DNA of 56,130 bases from a virus (taxonomy: Duplodnaviria > Caudoviricetes). Every line of letters starts with the position of its first letter. Positions within the stretch are counted from its first letter, which is position 1. Below the pieces are notes generated by a model, which made no database searches, had not been told where the DNA came from, and was given only the letters and a program-made list of their open reading frames with translations. Location of the stretch: positions 1 to 56,130 of IMG/VR virus record IMGVR_UViG_3300024999_000128. One strand, written 5' to 3'. Position numbers and translations under genes: made by a program. Positions 26,636-33,585 of this stretch are shown here, piece by piece.

Positions 26636-26846
26636 AAGCATACTTTGCGGTTCAATTTATATGTCAACTTTCACTTCACGCGGCGCTGCTGATTATTTGG
26701 GTATGTACAAAACTTAAAGTTTTTTAGAGGAGAGGAGAGTATGAAAGCATACTTTGCGGTTCAATTTATATGTCAACTTTCACTTCACGCGGCGCTGCTG
26801 ATTATTTGGGTATGTACAAAACTTAAAGTTTTTTAGAGGAGAGGAG
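26620..26846 (+). repeat. Perfect 109-bp tandem duplication; each unit carries an SD and a 31-aa hydrophobic ORF (26632-26727, 26741-26836)
   Basis: Identical units 26620-26728 and 26729-26837; ORF MKAYFAVQFICQLSLHAALLIIWVCTKLKVF. Confidence 0.92.
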
Positions 26847-26847
26847 T

Positions 26848-27072
26848 ATGAAATTTAGAACTTACGATGACCTGCCTCCCAATGTTGGGGAAGACATTTT
26901 TGAAGGATCTGCTCGGGAAAGGGGGGCGTTGGCAGAGTATTGGCAGTCAATAATTGATCAACCAATAGAAGACTACCCCGATCATCTTAGAGATTTCTAT
27001 GCACATAACCAGCGAATAGCTAAACAGAAACTCGCTGAGTACATCGAGAGCCAAAAAGGGATGTATATATGA
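26848..27072 (+). CDS. Hypothetical protein
   Basis: GAGGAG SD. Confidence 0.6.
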   Translation: MKFRTYDDLPPNVGEDIFEGSARERGALAEYWQSIIDQPIEDYPDHLRDFYAHNQRIAKQKLAEYIESQKGMYI

Positions 27073-27212
27073 TCACCTCATACGAAGATTACATAGACTG
27101 GTGCTGGGACCGAGACCAGGAGCCTCTGTCCGAGGATGAGTGGGCAGCAGAGGTTGAACAAGCCCGGGCCGACAGGCTCATAACTAATAAGGAGATGGAT
27201 GATGCCCAGTGA
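27069..27212 (+). CDS. 47-aa acidic hypothetical protein
   Basis: ATGA overlap; MITSYEDYIDWCWDRDQEPLSEDEW...; translated by eye. Confidence 0.55.
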   Translation: MITSYEDYIDWCWDRDQEPLSEDEWAAEVEQARADRLITNKEMDDAQ

Positions 27213-27894
27213 GTTGAGAAAGGATGATTTGCGCCTGATTGTTACACGTCTGCCAAAAGATATTCGAAAATTGATCGCGGAGCGAGGGCTGTTACTTGGG
27301 GGAGGGTTCATCAGAGCCACGATTGCAGGAGAAAAACCTTCCGATGTGGACTTATTTGGGGCATCAAAAGATCAGCTCGAAGCTGCCGGCCGCAAGTTGA
27401 ATGCAGATCGTCCTGGTTCAAGGTTTCATTCATCAAAAAATGCTTTTACTGTACTGTCTGGTTCTCGGATGCCTGTACAGTTCATTCACAGATGGCTGTT
27501 TACCAATGCAGCAGACTGTACAGATTCCTTCGATTTCACTGTGGCGCAAGCTGTAGTCTGGTTCGAGAACGACGAGTGGAAGTCTACATGCCATTCTGAT
27601 TTTTACGCAGATTTGGCAGCTCGACGATTGACGTACTGTTCTCCCAAACGAAACGAAGATGCCGGTGGGTCACTGCTGCGGGTTAGGAAGTTCTTGGCTC
27701 GAGGGTATAACATCCAAGCACCCAGTCTCGCCGCAGTCATTGCTCGCCTTTGCAGCGCAGTTGAATGGGGCAAAGTACAGGACGAGGTGCAGTCTGCAAA
27801 AGTTCTGTGCGGATTGCTTAGAGAAGTGGATCCTCTCATTGCTGTGGATGGGCTTGATTTGGTCGACGAACATGAAGTTTTGGAGGAAAAATGA
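27199..27894 (+). CDS. Nucleotidyltransferase, CCA-adding/poly(A) polymerase head-domain-like
   Basis: LLGGGFIR...SDVDLF catalytic DxD, PVQFI, FDFTVAQ (counterpart of RRDFT). Confidence 0.75.
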   Translation: MMPSELRKDDLRLIVTRLPKDIRKLIAERGLLLGGGFIRATIAGEKPSDVDLFGASKDQLEAAGRKLNADRPGSRFHSSKNAFTVLSGSRMPVQFIHRWLFTNAADCTDSFDFTVAQAVVWFENDEWKSTCHSDFYADLAARRLTYCSPKRNEDAGGSLLRVRKFLARGYNIQAPSLAAVIARLCSAVEWGKVQDEVQSAKVLCGLLREVDPLIAVDGLDLVDEHEVLEEK

Positions 27895-28721
27895 AACCAG
27901 TAACAGTTCTCTTTCATGATGATGCAGATGGCATGGCGTCAGCCTACGCAGCCTGGAGAGTCTACCAGGACACAGCGACATACATCGCTGTGCAGTACAA
28001 CCAGCCGGTGCCGGAGATCCCTGAGGGCACCACGCACCTGCTCATTGTCGATTTCTCTTACGACCGGGAGACCTGCGACGCCCTCGCCGCCAAGTACAGC
28101 CTGCTGGTCATAGACCACCACAAATCGGCGGAAGAAAATTTAAGAGGCAGCAACTACGCCATCTTCAGCATGAACAAGTCCGGCTGTGCCTTGACCTGGG
28201 AGTATTTTCATAAACGTGAGCCGATGCCTGCCATCCTCGCTTATGTGCAGGACAGAGATCTGTGGAAGTTCGCGTTACCTGACTCGGAGACCATCAACCT
28301 CTACATCGCCACCCTGCCCTTCGAGTTCGATGCTTGGCACGACGAGGCCAGCAGTCCATACTTCATTCACAGTGCTTACGAGGCCGGCAGCTACATCCAG
28401 GCCTTCCGCAACGGCCAAATCAAAGCCGCCCTGCGCGATGTCAGGTTCATGTTCTGGGACATCCATGAGGTGCCGGTGCTGAATGCTTCAACCAATGTTT
28501 CAGAGATAGGCAACGAACTCTGCCGACAGTACCCAGACGCCCCGTTCTCCGCGACGTACTGCGACAGGAAAGGGGTGCGGTCGTGGTCGCTGCGCTCAGT
28601 CGGTGACTTCGATGTCTCTGAGGTGGCTCGGCGATATAGCGGAGGAGGCCACCAAAATAGCGCGGGGTTTGCTGTTGGGATCGGAGAATTTCCTGATGAC
28701 TTTCTTTGGGGGGAGCGATGA
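27891..28721 (+). CDS. DHH/DHHA1 phosphoesterase
   Basis: HDDADG, VDFS, IDHH, DRDLW, SLRS, GGGH..SAGF motifs. Confidence 0.9.
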   Translation: MKPVTVLFHDDADGMASAYAAWRVYQDTATYIAVQYNQPVPEIPEGTTHLLIVDFSYDRETCDALAAKYSLLVIDHHKSAEENLRGSNYAIFSMNKSGCALTWEYFHKREPMPAILAYVQDRDLWKFALPDSETINLYIATLPFEFDAWHDEASSPYFIHSAYEAGSYIQAFRNGQIKAALRDVRFMFWDIHEVPVLNASTNVSEIGNELCRQYPDAPFSATYCDRKGVRSWSLRSVGDFDVSEVARRYSGGGHQNSAGFAVGIGEFPDDFLWGER

Positions 28722-28867
28722 ATAGCATAATGATGGGAGTTAGTTCAGTCTTGATTTTCGCTAATGCCTCATCCGCACTATCTGGCGATGTATGGGCTTT
28801 GGGGGCAATCATTGTGCTGGCCGTGGGCATAGGGGCTACACTGTGCAGTATAGTGACCGGTGATTGA

Positions 28868-29242
28868 ATGAGCACTCCTGAAGGGCTTGTAAAAAACCTG
28901 GCAAGAGACCTCCTCGCCCGCTACGACATCCAACCGGCCAGCAAGGCAGGGACGTTCAAGCAGGCAGCCGGCTGGTACTACTTTGCAGTACAAGGTATGA
29001 TGTCAGTGCGCGGAATACCTGACATAATAGGGCAGTATCGAGGGATTTTCTTTGGGGTCGAATTAAAGGCCCCCGGTAAGAAGCCCTCCGGGTTCCAGGC
29101 TCTGCAACTCGACGCCATCTCTTGCTCCGGCGGGGCGGTCTTCGTGGTCGATGGGCCTGAGTCGTTGAAGATATTTGAAGAGTGGCTGGAAGAGACAGAC
29201 GAAGGAGCTAATTTCCAAGAGTTCTTAGATTCGGAGGTTTAG
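28868..29242 (+). CDS. VRR-NUC domain nuclease
   Basis: TPEGLVK...GIPDII...GVELKAPGKKPS..Q...I...GG.VFVVDG. Confidence 0.9.
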   Translation: MSTPEGLVKNLARDLLARYDIQPASKAGTFKQAAGWYYFAVQGMMSVRGIPDIIGQYRGIFFGVELKAPGKKPSGFQALQLDAISCSGGAVFVVDGPESLKIFEEWLEETDEGANFQEFLDSEV

Positions 29243-29243
29243 A

Positions 29244-29465
29244 ATGAGCAATTTCAGCATTGCATCCATTGCCTTATTCGCGGGGTTCTCTGCTTCAATT
29301 TGGGCGGTCGTGTGGTTGGCAGCGAAAGGTGTTGACGACTGGGGGTGGATACTGTTTGTGGTACTTTTGTTCTTTGGAAGCGTCAGCATCAAGCACAGCG
29401 ATATGGTCGAATGCCCGAAGTGTGGAGAGCGGTTTGAAGCAAAAGCTGTGAGCGACTCGCAATGA
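29244..29465 (+). CDS. Small two-TM membrane protein with CxxC
   Basis: Two hydrophobic segments plus CPKC. Confidence 0.6.
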   Translation: MSNFSIASIALFAGFSASIWAVVWLAAKGVDDWGWILFVVLLFFGSVSIKHSDMVECPKCGERFEAKAVSDSQ

Positions 29466-31012
29466 CCATCCGCGTCCTAAACGACCACTACGTCCTGCAG
29501 ACCGACAACGCCGGCCAGTTCCGCGCCCTGTTCCCTGACCTCAAGGAGGCAGTGGTGCAGGGTCGTCAGTTCGTCGCCGTGCCGCACACCCTCGAGGTCG
29601 CCCGGGTGCTCAACAACATCGGGGTCAAGGTCCAGAGCCCGATCAGGACGAGGTACAGCTGGCGCGGACGGTTCACACCGAGGTGGTATCAAATCGATAC
29701 CAGTGAGTTCTTCACTATGTACCGCAGAGCACACTGCCACAGTGCTCCCAGGACTGGTAAAACAAACTCCGCCCTGTGGGCTGCTGACTTCCTCAAGCAA
29801 GAGGGCGACATTCATCGGGTCCTGATCGTGGCACCGCTCTCCACGCTTTGGGATGTCTGGGAAAAAGCGATCTTTGAGTCCTTCCCACTCGCCACCTTCG
29901 CTGTCCTGCACGGCAGTCGGCAAAAACGCCTGGACCTGCTCGCTCAGAAGCATGACTACTACATTGTAAACCACCACGGTGTAGCACTGATCGAACAGGA
30001 GCTAAAGGACCGGCCGGACATCAACCTGGTGATCGTCGACGAGTGCGCTGTGTTCAGGAATACCCGCGCAAAGACCCTGTTCAAGCCGCTCAACAACGTC
30101 CTCAATTTCCAGAAGATCGTCCGCTCCGCCTGGGGCCTGACCGGCACACCGACACCCAACGAGCCAACCGACGCATTCGGCCAGTGTAAACTCCTGACCC
30201 CCGAGAACTACCGCGGTCACTTCACCAGCTTCAAGCAGGAGACCATGTTGCAGTTTGGACCATTCAAGTGGGTGCCTCGTCGCGGCAGCGAACAGTCAGT
30301 GGCTCGGATCCTCAAACCATCGATTCGTTTCGAGCGCTCGGTCTGCACCGACATGGAACCTTGCTTCATCGAGCGGCGGGCGGAGTTGTCAGACGACCAG
30401 AAGAAAGCCTACAAGCAGTTGATCCAGCAGGCGGCGACCGAGGTCCGAGGTTCAACAGTGACAGCCGTCAATGCCGCGGTATTAATCAGTAAATTGGTCC
30501 AGACCGCCTGTGGCGTGGTGATCGCAGCCGACGGCACCCTGGTCAAGTTCGACTTCGGCCCGCGCATGTCCCTGCTCTATGAGGTCATCGAGGAAAACGC
30601 CGAGAAGGTCGTCGTACTTGTGCCGTTCACCGGTGCCTTGGATGCCGTGGCGACCGAGTTGCGCAAGAGGTGGTCGGTGGCAGTAGTCGACGGCCGGGTC
30701 TCCGCCGGCAAGCGCACCCAGATATTCCGAGAGTTCAGGGCTGCCAAGGATCCGCATATCCTCCTCGCCCACCCCCAGGTCCTGGCCCACGGCCTCGACC
30801 TCACCGCCGCCTCACTGACGGTCTGGTACGCCCCAACATGGAAAGCCGAGGTCTACCAGCAGGCCAACGCTCGCACCGACGGCAGCCGGCAGGAAGTGAA
30901 GATTGATATCTGCCACCTCTACGCCACCGCCGAGGAGAAACGCATCTACACGGTGTTGAAGGAAAAAGGAAAACTTCAAGAGGTAGTCCTCGGGCTGTCG
31001 AATAAAAAGTAA
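29462..31012 (+). CDS. SNF2-like superfamily 2 helicase
   Basis: PRTGKT, VAPLS, VIVDEC, LTGTP, HGLDLT, QANAR motifs. Confidence 0.9.
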   Translation: MTIRVLNDHYVLQTDNAGQFRALFPDLKEAVVQGRQFVAVPHTLEVARVLNNIGVKVQSPIRTRYSWRGRFTPRWYQIDTSEFFTMYRRAHCHSAPRTGKTNSALWAADFLKQEGDIHRVLIVAPLSTLWDVWEKAIFESFPLATFAVLHGSRQKRLDLLAQKHDYYIVNHHGVALIEQELKDRPDINLVIVDECAVFRNTRAKTLFKPLNNVLNFQKIVRSAWGLTGTPTPNEPTDAFGQCKLLTPENYRGHFTSFKQETMLQFGPFKWVPRRGSEQSVARILKPSIRFERSVCTDMEPCFIERRAELSDDQKKAYKQLIQQAATEVRGSTVTAVNAAVLISKLVQTACGVVIAADGTLVKFDFGPRMSLLYEVIEENAEKVVVLVPFTGALDAVATELRKRWSVAVVDGRVSAGKRTQIFREFRAAKDPHILLAHPQVLAHGLDLTAASLTVWYAPTWKAEVYQQANARTDGSRQEVKIDICHLYATAEEKRIYTVLKEKGKLQEVVLGLSNKK

Positions 31013-31031
31013 ACCCCTTCACAAATAATTG

Positions 31032-31060
31032 TTGACAACCCGTTTACAAAGAGCTAAGGT
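31032..31060 (+). promoter_or_regulatory. Sigma70 promoter upstream of the tRNA-like RNA
   Basis: TTGACA-17 nt-TAAGGT. Confidence 0.7.
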
Positions 31061-31079
31061 TGAATTGAATGAGGGAAAA

Positions 31080-31188
31080 CGCAGCGTGGTGGAATTGGTA
31101 GACGCGCTGAGGGAGTCATGCCGATGGCGACGATCTCGGTAAACGTGCTGGCCAGCACATGCAGGTTCGAACCCTGCCGCTGCGACCA
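31080..31188 (+). tRNA. tRNA-Leu-like RNA with non-canonical extended anticodon arm; no readable anticodon
   Basis: Acceptor CGCAGCG/CGCTGCG plus ACCA; Leu-type D arm TGGTGGAATTGGTAGACGC; variable stem GTGCT/AGCAC; T arm GCAGG-TTCGAAC-CCTGC; CTGAG/CTCGG stem enclosing 23 nt. Confidence 0.8.
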
Positions 31189-31203
31189 TTTAAGGAGAAA
31201 GCA

Positions 31204-31794
31204 ATGACCAAACCAGTAGGCATGATGAGCATGGCGGAGTATAAGATCCTGCACCAAGGCTGCCCGAAGTGCGGCAGGGCTCCGAACCGGCTCACCAGCG
31301 TCAACTACCCGGCCCCGCCGGACCTCAACGTCGTCGAGTGCATGTGCAACTGGATCGGCACCGTCAACGAACTGAAACCTCAAAAGAAGAAGGAGACCAC
31401 CATGACTCAGACGATCACCGTTGACATGGTCATCGAGAAGTACGTCGCCACTCGAGACCTGATCGCGGCCAAGAAGAAGGGCCTTGACGCCGAGCTTGCC
31501 GACCTCAAGGCCCTGCAAGAGAAACGCGAAGCCTGGCTGATGTCCGAGATGAACCGAGTCGGCGCCTCCAGCATGAAGACCCCGCACGGCACCAGCTACA
31601 TTGAGACCATGGACTCTGTTTCCGTGGCCGACTGGGAGACGTTCTTCGGGTGGGTCCAGGCCAACGCCGAGTTTGAGTTCCTGACCCACGCAGTCTCGAA
31701 GACCGCGGTCAAACAGCGGCTTGAGGACGGACAGGCACCTCCCCCAGGAGTAAATTACTCTACTTTCAAAGGTATTAAGGTACGACGCAGTTAA
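31204..31794 (+). CDS. Coiled-coil replication/recombination accessory protein (main start 31402) with in-frame N-terminal zinc-finger extension
   Basis: Two SD+ATG starts; CPKC...CMC N-terminal part; C-terminal KT.HGT...VADWE.F...PPGV typical of genes preceding phage SSB. Confidence 0.65.
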   Translation: MTKPVGMMSMAEYKILHQGCPKCGRAPNRLTSVNYPAPPDLNVVECMCNWIGTVNELKPQKKKETTMTQTITVDMVIEKYVATRDLIAAKKKGLDAELADLKALQEKREAWLMSEMNRVGASSMKTPHGTSYIETMDSVSVADWETFFGWVQANAEFEFLTHAVSKTAVKQRLEDGQAPPPGVNYSTFKGIKVRRS

Positions 31795-31841
31795 TCCACA
31801 GCCCGAGAGGGCGCAACTATCAATTACTTAGGAGCTGAAAA

Positions 31842-32990
31842 ATGAACGATCTGTTAATTCCCGACCGCACTTCCATTCCTTCATACATTTTGGATCCGAC
31901 CCTCGCCAAGCAGGCCAACGATGAGGCGGCTGCGGGTATAAGCACCGGGATGCCCCCGCGCCTGAAACTCTCCGGCAAGCAGTTCACCTTGGTCGATTCC
32001 GGTGGAGAAGAGACTCCGTTCCCGGCCGGTAAGATGGTCATCGGCCCCGATGAAAACGCCTACTTGCCGATGGTTGTGCTGCGCGCTCGGAAGCCTCTGC
32101 AGAAGACCTGGTACGCCACTGCCTTCAACCCCGGCGAGGAAGGCAAGTCCCCGGACTGCTTCAGCACCGACGGCGAGCGGCCGGACCCGACCTCTCTGGC
32201 AGTGCAGAGCGACCTCTGCGCCACCTGTCCGCACAATCAGTTCGGCAGTGGCACCGACCAGAACGGCAACGCTACCAAGGGCAAGGCCTGTGCGGATAGT
32301 AAACTTCTGGCCATCTTCATCCCCGGCAGCCGCAAGACCGAGACCGACCCGAAGGTCTATCAGTTCAAGATCCCGCCGGCATCGTTGAAAAACTTCGGTC
32401 TGTATGTCAAGCAGCTTTCAGCCGCAGGCATCCCGCTTGGCACCGCCCAGACCCTGGTTGGCTTCGACCCAGCCCAGACCTTCCCGGTCGTGATCTTCAA
32501 GTTCGGCGGCTTCCTTCCCGAGGCATCCCTACCCAAGCTGTCTGAACTGGCAGCCCTGCCGGAGACCGAGGACATCATCGGCGGGTTCAACGCTCCTGCC
32601 CTGCCGGCGCCTCCGGTTACTCAGCGCTTGAACGCTCCTGATCCGGCTGGGGGTGACTTCGCCGCAGCTCAGGAAGCCCAGGCCAAAGCTGATGCAGAAG
32701 CAAAAGCCAAGGCCGACGAGGCCGCAGCCGCCAAGTCCAAAGCTGAGAAAGCCGCTGCTACCAAGGCAGCCAACAAGAAAGCCAAGGAAGAGGCGGAGGC
32801 CAAAGCCAAGGCGGACGCTGAAGCTGCTGCAGCACTGACTGTCGGCGCCGCCGGCGGAGAGTTGATGGACGACCTTGACTTCAGTGGAGGTTTTGGGTCT
32901 CCGGCTGTTACCCCTCCGACCGCTGCTGCAGCTAAAGCCTCTCCCGGCGAAGTGACTGATGACCAGCTGATGAAGGACCTCGGTCTGTAA
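31842..32990 (+). CDS. ssDNA-binding/annealing-like protein
   Basis: PDCFS.DG..P...CATCP.NQFGS...GKAC, IPPASLKN; Ala/Lys-rich linker; acidic C-terminal tip DDQLMKDLGL. Confidence 0.7.
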   Translation: MNDLLIPDRTSIPSYILDPTLAKQANDEAAAGISTGMPPRLKLSGKQFTLVDSGGEETPFPAGKMVIGPDENAYLPMVVLRARKPLQKTWYATAFNPGEEGKSPDCFSTDGERPDPTSLAVQSDLCATCPHNQFGSGTDQNGNATKGKACADSKLLAIFIPGSRKTETDPKVYQFKIPPASLKNFGLYVKQLSAAGIPLGTAQTLVGFDPAQTFPVVIFKFGGFLPEASLPKLSELAALPETEDIIGGFNAPALPAPPVTQRLNAPDPAGGDFAAAQEAQAKADAEAKAKADEAAAAKSKAEKAAATKAANKKAKEEAEAKAKADAEAAAALTVGAAGGELMDDLDFSGGFGSPAVTPPTAAAAKASPGEVTDDQLMKDLGL

Positions 32991-33044
32991 GATTAACCTT
33001 CCGGCAGGGGCAGACCATCGCTCCTGCCAACTTAGGAGACAAGG

Positions 33045-33218
33045 ATGGATAAGATAGCAGAAGCAATAGACTCATTAAGTAATATCATAGCGGCACTATC
33101 ATTACCTGTGCCTGACAAGATTCATGTAGAGGGGCTGAGAGGAACTCTACCTGAAATAAGAGATAAAATCAAAGCCGGATACTTGGAAGCTGGTGGCGAA
33201 GATTATTGGGCAGATTGA
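33045..33218 (+). CDS. 57-aa hypothetical protein
   Basis: AGGAG SD after a hairpin; translated by eye. Confidence 0.55.
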   Translation: MDKIAEAIDSLSNIIAALSLPVPDKIHVEGLRGTLPEIRDKIKAGYLEAGGEDYWAD

Positions 33219-33251
33219 TATCCAAACTTAAAGAGAAAGAAGAGAGCCCCC

Positions 33252-33545
33252 ATGTCAGAAGCAACGAAACAAAAAGTCGACTTCATCTTCCGCATAATCG
33301 ATGTCGCCGAGATGAAACAGGTAGATTTCTCGTTCATCACCGGCATCTCCCGGGAGACCATCCACCGCTGGAAAAAAGGTCACAATGTGGCGGACCAGCT
33401 CAGGCTCACGCGGGCGTACTGGTACGCGCAGATGATCCAGCGCGGCTGCAAGGCCGGCCGGTTCCCGCTGCCTGAAAAACTCAAGACGGCTGAGCGTCAG
33501 GCGTTGCTGAAGAAAATCGTTGCGGAAATGTCACGTCCCCAGTAG
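33252..33545 (+). CDS. HTH DNA-binding protein
   Basis: MKQVDFSFITGISRETIHRWKKG; directly before primase. Confidence 0.75.
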   Translation: MSEATKQKVDFIFRIIDVAEMKQVDFSFITGISRETIHRWKKGHNVADQLRLTRAYWYAQMIQRGCKAGRFPLPEKLKTAERQALLKKIVAEMSRPQ

Positions 33546-33585
33546 GTAAAGCACTACACATATAACCTACTAGTGGAGGTGATCG

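Noticed and set aside
26620-26846. Possible CRISPR array
   Set aside because: Two identical 109-bp units with no unique spacers; no cas operon, and the adjacent nuclease is a generic PD-(D/E)XK enzyme.
31112-31134. Archaeal-type BHB intron or group I intron in the tRNA-like gene
   Set aside because: Insert is far too short for group I, forms a symmetric internal loop rather than bulge-helix-bulge, and no canonical YU-NNN loop start is present.
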